NCBI GenBank assembly: GCA_009914755.4
Contig: CP068257.2
Span: forward strand, 9,120,001 to 9,184,000
From: the human T2T-CHM13v2.0 reference genome, Homo sapiens
Length of the DNA stretch: 64,000 bases
Direction of reading: 5' to 3'
How positions within the stretch are numbered: the stretch's first letter is position 1; every line of letters begins with the position of its first letter. Shown here in pieces: positions 15,173 to 27,835 of this stretch. The translations under genes were made by a program, and so were the position numbers. Below the pieces are notes generated by a model that was given only the letters and a program-made list of their open reading frames with translations, had not been told where the DNA came from and ran no database searches.

Positions 15173-18100
15173 TTTACCCTAGGAATTTATACTGAGGAAA
15201 TAATCAGACAAGTGTGCCAAGTGATACTTAGAGAAGGATATTTATTGTTGCATTGATGATAGTAGGTAAGATGTGGGAAGAATGTAAATGTCCAGCAATA
15301 AGAGATTGGCTAAATAATTGTGCTACAGCTAGGCAAGGGGCTGGCTTATGGCCATTCAGAACACACTCCCTCCTGATTGAGTCAAATCTCCTGTCCCTGC
15401 TCTCACACACCACACACCTCCCACCTTTTCAGCACAAATTACAGTCGTAATTTTCCATTTCTTTGTGAACCTCTTTGATGAGTTTCTGTATCCCTCATTA
15501 GATGCTAAGCTCCATGGAGGCAAAGAGTATACTATGTTCATTATTGTGTCCTCCATGACAAGTTAAGTTCCTGGAACACAGTACACTCTCAATAATTTGT
15601 TGTTAAATGAATGACTGAATCTGTATTTCTCAGTATGGAATCCTGTTTGAAATATGCAATGAAGAGAAAGAGCAGATTATAAAACAGCATGCATACTGTA
15701 GTACACACTGCAAATTCCCTCCTTTCTTGATCTTCTTTGGGGGACCACATGTGCACTCTCAGTCAATAAATTATGATTGATCCAAAGTCAATCATGACAT
15801 TGCTATTCTCTACTGCTAGGGATGGTCATGAGATCAGGTTCTGGCCAATCTAAACACAGATTTCCAGACCTAAAGAGAAATCCTCTGGGGGTCACCTCTG
15901 AAGTTCTTGCTTTTCTAATAAGAATACGGAAGTGACTGCTTTTGCTGGCCTTGTAAACTCATGTAGTGGTTGGAGCTGCAGTAGCCGTCTTACAGCCATG
16001 AGCTAAATTCCAATAGACTCACAAAGATGCTGGGCCTAAAATTGTTGAACCAGTGAACCATAGCCAGGAACCATAGATATTCCAACTACGTAAGAAAAAT
16101 GAACCTGTCTTTGTTTAAGTGACTGAACTTTCAGATTAATGCACTCTCAACAGATACAGAGCATGATCCCATATATACCTGTATGTGCAAATATGAATAG
16201 AAAAATAATTAAAGTGATTATCTCTGTCTGGTAGGATTCTCCTTCATATTTTTTTATTTTATAAAGTTTTCCCAAAGGGCATGTAAATAATAATCAGACA
16301 AATATTTCTGTACATTCAGAAAATAAAAAATGGTACTAATTTTATTTTTAAAAAATAAAATATTGGGGCCCCAGAAGGTAGTTCACTACCATATGATAAG
16401 TTAATTAGCCACGACCGAGATGAACACTTGTGGGTATCCTGGAGGACAGGTTCGGCAGCAGTGGGAGGTCCCCTCTAGAACAGTATGTGGTTCCAAACTC
16501 CTGAGGGAGGCGGGACAGACCCCAAGGAAGTAGATGAGAACCTGAGTGAGGCTCTGTGGGGAGAGAGGATGTTCCTCAGCCCTCATGAGGACATGTCAGT
16601 TTTACTTGAGATTAGGCCCTGGCCTTGGCTGGGCAGCCTGCCAGGTAGGTTCTCAGCAGCATGGGGTGATAACAGGAGGAGGGGAAGGCTGGCAAGCTGG
16701 GATAGCTCTGGGGTCTTCAGGTGGGGCTGTCTCGGGTAGCAACTGTGTTGGCTGTAAACACAGATTTCCAGGAAGCAGAGCGTTGCAATCTCTTCCACCA
16801 CAAACCTGGACCATCAGGGATGTTTCCATAGCAGCATCTATGCTGGTGAGGAATCTGGGCATGATCTGTGATCCCCTCTCCCACTTTTTCTTTTCTCTTA
16901 GAGTGGGACAGAGCAGCCTGGAGCAGCTAGTGTCCTGTAGTGACTCCAGTTTGCTGCTCTCTTCCTTATCTTCTTCCTCCTGCCTTCTGTCTGCTCTGCA
17001 TCCTTCACCTTCTACATCAGGAAGCTCAAGTCACCGGGCTGAGCCTGGGCTTCTCATTTAAATCACGGAGTGCCAGTCAATGCCTCCCTTCCTCTTCCCA
17101 GGGAGCAACTTCAGTCTTCACTGCCTGCAGTGGGGAGCTAGACCCTGCTCCTTATTCCCTGTGGGACCATCCGCAGCCTGTTTCCTCACCCCTGTAATGG
17201 GACAGCAGTCCTCCCTGCCCACCTGGCAGTGCTAATTCCAGGCCGGGGGCCCTCCTGGGAAAATCACTAGTGTGGGTGACACGGTGGGTTTTTGTGTGTG
17301 TGGAGGGGTGGGGCTGCCACCTGGCCATTTACAGACCCCATCCTTCCTCTCTCCCTGTGCTTGTCACATGTCAGGAGTCCCTCTCCTTTGCGCCATGATA
17401 CATAAGAGATTTTCAGATCCATCATCTCATTGAGCCTTGCATCTCCTTGGTGAAATTGGAGTTATTGTCACCATTTTACTGATGAGTAAAATGAGGCTCA
17501 GAAAGGGGAACATCATTGCCAGGGTTCCGCCGTGGACTTATAGCGGAGCTGGGATTATGATGCATGTTCTGGATTCCTGGCGGGGTCCTGGCCCATCTGC
17601 AGCTAAGGCCTTTCTTTCTGCTCCCATGAGGTCCGTTTTCCATTCCTTTCCTCCCCATGACAGCCACTCTCACCACCACTCAGGGTCTGTGCTCACTGTC
17701 ACACCACCCCTCGCTGAGCCCTGCGTCTGGGCTGGAACCCACCATGTCCATCAGACGGATTTTCCTCAATGGTGGTTGGGCTCCAAATCCACTCTCCCCA
17801 GACTGACACAAATTGCACTACAGGGGGCTGCAACTGTAGGCGTTTCTGGTCTAGAGAGAGAGAGATAGTCCCATAGAAATGTCAACATCAGTTGGTGAAG
17901 AAGAGAATGGAAACACAGGAGAAAGTTCAGGGAGTGATGTCAGGAGGAGGTGGCCCTTGAGTTGGGTCTTGAGGGATGTGTAAGAGTTACCAGGCAAGGA
18001 ACGCTGGGAAGGGCATTCCAGGAGGAAAGAGCAGCATTCTCCAAGGCTCAGACTGGTCTGGTGGCTACAAGGTAGAGCTGGGTGACCTGGACCCCTTGAA

Positions 18101-18477
18101 ACAGTGCTCCCTTTTCAGGAGGAAATCTGCAGCTCCCATACTTTGGGCTGTCTCAGAGTCCCCCAGAGATCTTGGGAAATTCCTGGGTCCTGTTCCCAGG
18201 GATTCTGGTTCAGGCAGAGGAATCTGCGCTTCTCACAGGCAGGGGCTGTGACCTCACCCCACAGTTCTGATGCAGTTGGTCCCTGGATCACTCTTGTAGA
18301 AATACAAACAGGACTGAGAGGCTTTGACCCAAGGACTGTGCAGGGGGTGGGATGGGGATAGATGTGGAATGGGCCAGAGGAATAGTGGTTGGAGCTATAC
18401 CCTCCTGGACCACCTTGTCTAAAATGTGGCTCTCCCATCCCCCTTTCCTACTGATACATTCTATCCTCCACTTTTCC

Positions 18478-18620
18478 TTTATTTTATTTTATTTTATTTT
18501 TTGTAGATACAGGGTCTCACTATGTTACCCAGACTGGTCTCAAATTCCTGACCTCAACCATCCTCGCATCTCGGCCTCCCAAAGCACTAGGATTACAGGC
18601 ATGAAGCACCATCCTCTCAT
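18478..18620 (-). mobile_element. Alu left-arm fragment, minus orientation, preceded by (TTTTA)n
   Basis: gtagatacagggtctcactatgttacccagactggtctcaaattcctgacctcaaccatcctcgcatctcggcctcccaaagcactaggattacaggcatgaagcaccatcc. Confidence 0.8.
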
Positions 18621-19224
18621 CACCAGCTCACATGCTGAACATTTGACTAGTTTATTTATTACCTGTTTCACTCTACTGGCATGAGGGCTACATGAAGAAA
18701 GAGACTTTGTCTATGTCATTCACTGCTGTAGCCAGGTGTCTACAATGTGTAAGGCCATGGAAGCTGTTTCTGTTTTGGTTTGTAATTTTAATTTTGGGAA
18801 GCAGAAGATATCTGAGTGGACTCAGTGGCTGACAGGAAAAGGGAGAACAGTCTTGGTGTGCACAAGAGTGACAGGGAGATCTAGACAGAGAGACGTCAGA
18901 GGACAGTTCCTGGAAGGGGCTGATGGAAAGGTGGGGCAACTGGGGAAGGTCTCTCTGGACATCAATTCCTTTGAAGCTGGCAGGGAGGGAGGAAGTGCAT
19001 GGGTGGAGAGGAATGCTTGAAGAAGACCTCCTTGGCTTCCATATTCTTCATGAAGTGACAGATGAGGGGCTTCCTGGGAAGAGAGGGCAGGAGGGGAGCA
19101 AATGTAGGCTGGTGATGGTGGGCCTGCAGCAGTGCCCCAGGGTGAAGGGGTGAATGTATTACTGAGGCTGGATCCTGGTCATGACCCTTGCCTTGGCTTC
19201 AAGACTCATTAAAAACCAGCCTCC

Positions 19225-19300
19225 TCCAGTGAGCTTAGATCATGACACTGCACTGGAGCCTGGAGACAGAGTGAGACTCCATCTCAAAAACAAAAACAAA
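19225..19300 (+). mobile_element. Alu 3'-terminal fragment, plus orientation
   Basis: gagcttagatcatgacactgcactggagcctggagacagagtgagactccatctcaaaaacaaaaacaaaaaaa. Confidence 0.7.
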
Positions 19301-20199
19301 AAAACAGCCTCCATTCCCAATGTGCCCAGCTGGACCATGCGCTGCTTCCTGGATGTGCCACCAACACAACTGGAACACAAATCCTGAGTCACTGCCTCTA
19401 GAAAGCCTGCCTGGATTCAGTGCCCATCTGACTGGGCTCCTGCAGCACCTGGTCTGCCACTACTATGTGACTTACCTCTGCCTGCCTCTTATCACAGGTG
19501 CCTGTGTTTTTACCTGCCTCAGTGAGGGCTGTTGAGGACCTGGCCAGGCTGATCCATCTTAGGGGCTACAGTAGGTGCCAGCAATGGCTGGACTGTGTCA
19601 GGGCTGGACAATAAGCAAGCCAGATTCTCATGCTGGGCACTGGGTGCCCTTTGTGGGCTCAAGTGGGCATCACCACTGCTTCTGAGTGGCCAGAAGATTC
19701 CTGGGAGAGGCCTGGTTATCTTGGGCTGACCCTCACTCCCCAGTTCCATCCTCCCTCCCTCCCTTGCTGAAACCCTTTTGCATGTCCTCAACATCCTGCT
19801 CCAGCACCAGCAGCCCCCTGGTTTTCAGCAGCCTCAGGGAACTCTTCCTTTTCTTCCTTGCTGTGAGTAACAGGCCCAATCCCCTGAGGACACTGCTGCC
19901 TTGCGGTCCTCTGCTGCAGCCTTTCCCTGGACCTGAGCAGGATAGGTCCTCCTTGCTTCTCATTGCCTCCCTCTTTCAGCTCATCATCCTGCTCTCCCAT
20001 AAAAATACATTCATGTGCCATGAAATGATGTTTCCATCAACCCAGATCGCATGTGCAGTGGTGGATCCATGAAACTATAATGGAGCCGAAAGACACCTAC
20101 TGCCTAGCCCAGTGACATAACAATTGTAACGTTATGGCACAGTTACTTTAAAAATATATTTATTAAAAAAGATTTATAATTCTATAGAAAAAGAAATAT

Positions 20200-20640
20200 A
20201 TGTCTTGTAGTGTAGCCTAAGTGTCCAGTGTTTATAAAATCTACAGTAGTGCACAGTCATGCCCTAGGAATTCATCTTCACTCACCACTCACTGACTCAC
20301 CCAGAGAAGTTTCCAGCCCTGCACATTCCATTCATGGTAAGTGTCCTAGACCAGTGCACCATGTCTAGGTACCATACTACATTTTTATATAGTGCAATAC
20401 TATGTTTTTACTGTACTTTTCATGATATGTTTAGATGTGCAAGTACTGACCATTGTGCTACAACTGCCAACAATATTCACTGCAGTAACCTGTGCCCAGG
20501 TGTGCAGCCTGAGAGCGGTAGGCTGTGCCATAGAGCCTAGGTGTACAGTAGGTACAATATTGAGGTGTGTGTAAGCACACTCTGTGACGTTCACACAAAG
20601 AAAAATTACCCAAGGACACGGTGACACACGAAGGGAATCA
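20200..20640. mobile_element. Probable Tigger/MER-type DNA-transposon remnant
   Basis: ...gtgcagcctgagagcggtaggctgtgccatagagcctaggtgtacagtaggtacaatattgaggtgtgtgtaagcacactctgtgacgttcacacaaagaaaaattacc resembles the Tigger motif cctaggtgtgtagtaggctatacc...gtaagtacactctatgatgttcgcacaatgacaaaatcgcc. Confidence 0.4.
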
Positions 20641-23164
20641 ATATTGAAGCTCTTGCCCTCAGATTGCACCCAGGGCCACATCCCTATGCATTGAAGACTT
20701 AGCTCCCAGTTCATGGGCACTTTTTCCTGCTGAGGTGATTCCAACATGCACATAGAGAGTCCTCCTCATGCTCTGGCTCTTGGTCCCTCCACCCCTAGAG
20801 ACCTTGTCTCCACCCTCCCTGAGTCACCCACTCCTACCTGTATATTCTTGTCCTTGTCACTGCAGAAACTGTAGCTACTCCAGACCCTCAATTTCAAACA
20901 CGCTTTTTTTGACCACAACTTTCCTTTTTCCAGCTGCCTCCCAACTCCAAGACACTTCAATGACTCCAAATTTTCACTTTTGTGTCTCACTCTGTTTCTT
21001 GCAAATTTCCCCTCCTCCCAGCTGAGACTATACGGTCCAGCCTGTCATCCACCCTCTCTAACACTCTCCACTCTCTTGCCCCACAATTAATTGTGCTCCC
21101 AGGGCAAAACTGCACTCTGCTGAAAGCCAGCCACCCGCTCCCTCTGCTCCTGCAGTCAGGTGGCTGAGCACAGCCAGAGAGAAACACACGTGCCTTTTGC
21201 TCTCACTTAATCATCAAGCCCAAACCTCCAGTGGGCCCTGGATGATGTCCTACAAACTCACTCATTTCCCGAGTCCATAAGTCTGCCAGACTTCTTTATT
21301 TGTTATCTTAATAAAAATATATATAATCTAAGTATTTTATGAATACCAACTGATTTAATTATGATAAAACTCTATGAATCTGTTCTATAATAATCACCAT
21401 TTCACAGCTGAGGAGATGCTGGCACAGGAAGAGATGAAGTGACTTGCCCTGGAGCCCAGGCACCCAGCTCTGGAAGTGCTGCCCTGTCCCCAAGCAACAG
21501 TATCGTGCCTTCTCCTTCCTCCTTAAACCTCTAAAACCTTCCCCAGCCTTCCTTACACCTGCTGCCTTGCTTCCTACTTCAATTTGAAAATAGATGCAAT
21601 AAAGAGAGAACCTTCCCTGGATCCCACCCCCACATCTCCCCAGCTGCTTGCCTCTGTGCTTCCTTCTCCACCTTCGCTTGTTATTGTAGCTAGAGTGTCT
21701 GCACTCATGTTAGGGGTGAATTTTCTCCATCATATCCATAGTTCAACCCTCAGGTTCTTTCCTGAGTGTCCACTTTGCACACTGCCCGGTTCCGCAATGC
21801 AGCTCTCCCACCCATCTCACACCCTGCATGCTTATTTATTCATCATCTGTTCTGCTCTACTACAGTGAGAGCTACACAGGGGCAGGGATTCTGGGTATCT
21901 TATGCACTGCAGATTCCAACATCTAGAGCAGTACCTGGCACCTAGAAGGTGTTGGTATTTAATGAAGTCAGTCATTTTATATGTCAGGCTCTGGCCTGGT
22001 GCTGGGGACACTAGGGTGATTCAGACAGGTCCCTGCTTATACCAAGTTTATAGTCCCATAGGGGAGACACATTACCTGACAAATTTGCAGGCAGCCATTT
22101 ATATTTTGCATCTAACAAAGCAGCCCTTATTGTACTTGAGAGGAAATGCACTCAAGCCGTTAGCTGTAGCCCCACTTCCCCTGCTTCAGGACAGAAAGCC
22201 CCAGGCTCCAGCCCTTACATTCCTGGGCCTCCAGGGCTCCCTGGACTTTAGGAAACAGCTAGTAAGGGAGTCAAAGTCCACTTTGACTCAGAGCTGTGGG
22301 ATGTCAACAAGGTGCTTCCCCTCTCTGGTCCTCAATGTCTTTGTCTATTACAAGAGATGATGGTGCCAGCTCAGCAAGCTCCACCGGGCTGGGGCAAATG
22401 GGACAGGGAGGGTGACAATGCTTTGTGGACAGAGAGGAGGAATTCTGAGTGGCTACTGGAAAGGCAGCATGTTTATTTGACAATTTCAAACATGACAGAA
22501 CTGCGGAACACAGACATCAAGACTCCTCTGTAATTCCATTTGGAGTTTAAAGCTCAGATTTTGTTTTGTTTAAGCAGTGGCAAATGTTATGTATAGATAT
22601 AGATGTGGGATCATAAAATGTGTTTAAAAGTTATTGATGTGGGACAACTTTGCATATCAATATACAAGCATTTATTTTATTTGTTTTAATAGCTGTGAAA
22701 TATCCCACTGTATGAAGAGACTAAAATCTGTCCTTCTATTGTGGATATTTGGATTGATGAACCATTGGAACAAATCAGAGAGGCCAATCAAAGCATTTGA
22801 CAGCCTGGCAGATCAAAGTGAGAGGTTTATTACAGAAGACAGTAATGCTAAAAGGGGAGGAGAGCTAAGTGAATCCACCTGCTGCAATCAGAGTCCAGAA
22901 TCCCACCAACATAAGATGCAGGAGACAACGCGGCCAAAAGGGCAGAGGCCCCCAGGGCTCCCAGCAGAGCCAGATGCAAACTTGTCATCCCACCCTGTGT
23001 GTGGGCTTCCTGTGCCCTGGACAGTCTTTCCTGAGGCCGAGGCTGTTTTAAGAGCTTAGAGCACCCATTCTACGGCAGAATTTCTTATGAATGAGGTCCC
23101 TGTTCTGTGCTCCTCACCCATCCTGGGCCCTTTTCCCAACTTGACTTTGGGTAGTGGGTGGATA

Positions 23165-25140
23165 TAGGCCCCAGGTAAACACCAGGCCCCAGGTGGACAT
23201 CAGGGCTCAGGTGGACATACAGCCTCCAGGTGTATATCAGGCCCCAGGTATATACCATTTTCCTGGTACGTATTAGTAACCAAGGGGACACTGGACTCCA
23301 GGTGTACATCAGGCTCACAGGTGGACACCCAGGCCCCATATGGACACCAGCCTACAGGTGAGCATCAGGCTGCAGGAGGATACCCAGGCCTTAGGTAGAT
23401 ATCAGGCCCTATAAGGACACCAGGCCTCAGGTGGACATCAGGGCCTAGCTGGGGACTCAGGTTCTAGGAAGACACCCAGGCCTCAAGTAGCATCAGGGCC
23501 AAGGCGGATACTAGACTCCAGGTGGACATCAGGCCCCAGATTAACTGCAGGCCTTCGGTGAACATCTGATCCCAGTTGGATATCAGACCCCAGGAGAACA
23601 TCAGTCCCCAGGTGGATATCAGCTTCCAAGTTGACATCAGGCCACAAGTGGACACTGGACTTGAGGTGTACGTCAGGCCTCAGATGGACACCCAGGCCCC
23701 AGGTGTACAGCAGGCTGAGGTAGAAATCAAGGCACAGGTAACACCATCTCCTAGGTGGTTACCTAGGCTTCAGGTAGACATCAGACCCCAGGTGGACACC
23801 TGGGTCTCAGGTGGTCATCAGGCCATAGGTGGAAACTCAGGTCCCAGGTGCACATCACGTACCAAGTGGACACCCAGGCCCCAGGTGGACACCAGCCTAC
23901 AAGTGGACATCAGACCACAGGAGGACACCCAGGCCCCAGATAGATACCAGACTCCAGAGGAACACCCAGGCCTCAGGCGGACATCAGGTCCCAGGTTAAT
24001 TCCAGGCCCCAGCTGGAACTCAGGCCCCACCTGGACACAAGTCCCTAGGTAGATACACAGGCCCTGTAGGCCCTGGGGAACATCAGGCCTTAGGTGAAGT
24101 TCTAGGCTACAGGTGGACATCTTGCTCCAGTTGGACATCTGGTCCCAAGTGAACATCAGTCTCCAGGTGGACACAATGTCCCAAGTTGGACATCAGGCAC
24201 CAGGAGGACTTTAGTCCTCTGGTGAACACCAGCTCCCAGGTTGACATCAGGCTACGAGTTGACACCCAGGGCCCAGATGGACATGTGGCCCTAGATGAAC
24301 ACTAGTCCCCAGTCAGCTGGGGCCTGGGTCCACCTGGAGCCTGATGCTTAGCTAGAGACTGGATATCCACCTGAGGCCAAGGTATCTACCCAGGGACTGG
24401 TGTCAAAGTGGGGCCTGATATCCACCTGGGGACTAGGTATCCACCTGGGGCTTGATATTCACCTCGAGCCAGATGACCTTCCGGAGTCTGATGTCCACCA
24501 CAGGCCTGTGTGTCCATCTGGGGCCTGGTGTTGATTTGGATTCCAGTGTCTACCTGGAACCTGGGACCATGTAGTCCACTTGGAGCCTGGAGTTTTCACC
24601 TGGGGCCTGGTAGACATCTGGCCCCAGTAAACATCAGCGTGGGGCCTCGTTGTCCACTTAGAGCCTGGAGTTTTCACCTAGGGCCTGAAGATCACCTGGG
24701 ACCCAGGTGTACACCTGGGACATCAGGCTCCAGGTGTAAACCCAGGCTCCAGGATACAACAGGCCCCAAGAGAACTCCAGACCATATTAAACATCAAGTC
24801 TCAGGTGGATGCCCAGGCCCCATGTGTACACCAGGCCCCAGGTAGACAGTGGACACCAGCTGAACATTAGCCCCAAGGTTGACACCCATACTACAGGTGG
24901 ATATGAGGCCCCAGGTGAATACCTATGCTTCAGGTGTGCATCAGTCCCCAGGTGAACATAAGGCCACAGATAGACATCAGGCCTCAGGTGCACATCTGGC
25001 TCCAGGTAAACATCAGGCCTTAGGTGGATACCCACTCCCCAGGTGGACATCAGAGACCAGGTTGACACAAAAAAATCCCAGTGGGTATCAAGTCCCAGTG
25101 GACGTCCAGGCTCCAGGTAAACACCCCAGCCCCACTGTAA
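23165..25140. repeat. About 2 kb minisatellite with an 18-bp unit (consensus about aggtggacatcaggcccc, roughly 110 degenerate copies). It contains an internally inverted block at 24311-24707.
   Basis: ccaggtggacatcagggctcaggtggacatacagcctccaggtgtatatcaggccccagg... The repeat has 18-nt periodicity, which gives the ORF-track peptide VDIRPQVDIRPQ. At 24311-24707 the unit appears as its reverse complement (ggggcctgatatccacctgg...). Confidence 0.95.
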
Positions 25141-25584
25141 CTGTAACCACCATAACGAGAAGTGGTAGGTCTAAGTACCATCATGCTCCTTGCTCACAAA
25201 AGGATACTTAGCTATTTTATTCAAAATACAACTCCATTCATCACTCTGAGCAGCGATGTGTAGAAAGGAAGAGAAAAATAAACCAGGCTTCAAGGAATCC
25301 ATCCAAAATGAGGTAGATATTATAAGGGACAGAAATCCCCAAATGAAATGTTATAGTTGACATAGAATAGTCTTTAAAACCCATTAATTTTCTCACACAT
25401 TTGATACAAAGCATTATTTCCAGAGACTGAACCTAGAAAGAATTGCTTAAGACTAGGAGTCTTGTTCCAGCCTAGATCCCACACTGTTGAACATCTATAC
25501 TTAGTACATCACATTATACATAGCACTGATATGACCTGTGTGCATTTAATTTCCTAATACTTGTTCATCTCTGGCATAGTTTAT

Positions 25585-25660
25585 ATATATATGTGTGTGT
25601 GTGTGTATATATATATCATATGTAACATACGTGCATACAAGTACACACATACACACAAAA
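25585..25660. repeat. Compound (TA)n(TG)n(TA)n / (CA)n microsatellite
   Basis: tatatatatatgtgtgtgtgtgtgtatatatatatcatatg...acacacatacacacaaaa. Confidence 0.9.
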
Positions 25661-25959
25661 GGTATATAAGGGTAGGATAGTATAATTGTGCAGTAACGTT
25701 TCTTGTGAAAGTGGTGGAAAGTGGATTGCGTTGGCGACATGCTGGAATGTGCTTCCATTGGCAGAAGTAAGGCTTTCAAAACTAGTCGTTTTCATTTTTC
25801 TCTAGCAACTGGGAATATTAATAATAGAAGATGTGTTGGTATAAAACTAATCATAATAATCACAATGAAGTGGTTTTAATAATTATAAGATATAATAGAC
25901 ATTACAGATATTATAAGATGTCAAGAAAAAGAAGATGCTATAAAATCTTTGAGATGATT

Positions 25960-26720
25960 GACACATTAAATGCGGCCTCCTGTGCCTCCCTGGGGCGCCA
26001 CTCTCGCTGGGTTCTTGGCGGAGCTCACCGTACTCCACCTGCTCGGCCCAGGCTCCTGCGCCCCCGGAGTCACGCCATGGGAGCGAGGACCTTGCCGCGG
26101 CCCTAGACAAGGACAATGAGGAGGGGGTGCACGTGGAATCCCCACGGATAGGCCGGACGCCGGGCAGGAGCCTTTGCAGGGGTGCACAGCCTCCTCTGGA
26201 AGCCCTGGTCGCTGCCTGGTGCCTGCTGCGCCCTGCGAGCTCCGCAGCGGTGGAGCCAGGCCTGAACTGCCTGCTCTTGGCCCCGCCTGCGGCCCTCTGC
26301 CCTTTGTCTTGCCCGTGGGGCCCGGGGCCTCAAGCTGGCCCGGGGTTCCTGAAGTTAGCTGACGATGGGCTGGCCTCTGGGGCTGGGTCGTGGGCCTTGT
26401 GCACTGGCCGCCACGTCACCAGCGCCAGGCCTACCCGCGGTGCTGCTGGAGACGCGGGATGCCCGGGCTCGGGCTGTGCTGGATCCCCTGGCGCTGCGAA
26501 CCCCGTCACCTTCCATCGCGGCCGGCCACCATGCTGCGTGCTGGTCAGCCGCCTTCCTGGGACCCCTCCGGCCCCAAGGAGGCATCACTCACAGCCGCTT
26601 GCGACACCGGGGCCGCCTGAACCTCAGCCAGGGCTGCGCCACGCAAGTGGCTCCAGCCAGCCAGCCCTGGCCCATGAGCAGGACGTTCCGATCCTAGAGA
26701 TGATCGCCCTCGGCAGTGAT
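25960..26720. promoter_or_regulatory. CpG island (about 760 bp, dense CpG, GC-rich) embedded in AT-rich flanks. Possible promoter or TSS of an unknown (likely non-coding) transcript.
   Basis: Numerous CpGs: ggcgccactctcgctgg, ggcggagctcaccgtac, gcgcccccggagtcacgccatggg, ccgcggcc, ggccggacgccgggc, ctgcgcc, cccgcggtgctgctggagacgcgggatgcccgggctcgggc, ccatcgcggccggcc. There is a GC-box-like ccccgcc. Confidence 0.7.
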
Positions 26721-27766
26721 ACACGGCTATGGAGGAGGCAGCGGATACCTTCTAAAGTTTGTAGACACTCTACTGCCACACCAAAAGTTTCACCATCAGC
26801 TGCGATGCCGACTGGGGCTCAGAGACCCCTCTGGGATGTGGACCAGGCAGTGCTTTTGCTGGGCATGGCAGTGCTGACCACCCGAAGTGCGGACCTTCAC
26901 TTCGTGTTCCTCATACTCCACGTTCCACATCCAAAGTTCTCTACCATTTCTAAGCAGGAGAAATCAAAAGAAACTGAAATCAGAAAGAAAGAGAGAGAGA
27001 GAGAGAAAGCCATGAGCAAAAATAAAAAAAAGAGCAAAACCTTCTGGAAAGCATAAAACGCCTCAAAGCCAAAAACTAATTCTTATCTCTTTTAAACCTT
27101 CTGCACTTCTCCAATGATGAATGATTTATTTTTTTTAACACTGGCAATTCGTAATTATTAACTTCTCTGGCATTAATGACTAGAAATTGAATCACATGTG
27201 GGAGTTTAATTTGTATTATATGAAGCTTTTCATATTTTAAAAAATAATCGTTCAGTTTTTCTCCGTGGATTAACAATTAATGGAAAATTTTCAACATTGC
27301 TGTGTTAATGTCTCCTGAGATAATTAGATGTGAATAATCTTTTATAAACAGAATTTCCTGGGTGGAATTTCTCATCTTCAGGAGCTCGATAAATAACCAT
27401 GTCCCAAGAGAACTGTGAATTTGGGAACTGCAAGAACTGAGTCTCAACTTGTCCAGCCTGGTAGCACTTGGGTGAATCACTCTTGCAGGTGACTTCACTG
27501 CCTTCTGTTGAAGGGCCAGTGAGAGCCTGGGGGTTTCAACATGCAAGAGCCTTACCATTTTAGGGTTAACATTCACGATGAGGAAAAGACATACTTTTTT
27601 GATATTCTCCGTATGTAATAAAATAGTTACCAAAACAAAGCAAAGTGTGAGTGGTGACTATTGAGAGGACCCTTTTTATCTTTGCTGGATTCCCAGAGAT
27701 TTCTGGGTTTCTTTTGGAGTCAATAGTATTTCCATGTTAATTCTGAGCTCTTAAATCCCACAATAT

Positions 27767-27835
27767 GAGTTGCAGCCAGTGACTAGAGTTGCAGCCAGTG
27801 ACTAGAGTTGCAGCCAGTGACTAGTGTTGCAGCTT
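27767..27835. repeat. 21-bp tandem repeat, about 3.3 copies
   Basis: agttgcagccagtgactagagttgcagccagtgactagagttgcagccagtgactagtgttgcagc. Confidence 0.9.

Noticed and set aside
23085-25211. Multiple 80-160 aa ORFs on both strands (VDIRPQ... and similar)
   Set aside because: They are translations of the 18-bp minisatellite. The period of 6 aa equals the repeat unit.
26127-27056. 309-aa plus-strand ORF, the longest in the track
   Set aside because: It lies in the CpG island. It is Pro/Ala/Gly/Arg-rich and low-complexity, has no recognisable domain and runs straight out of the island into AT-rich DNA. This is the typical stop-codon depletion of GC-rich sequence.
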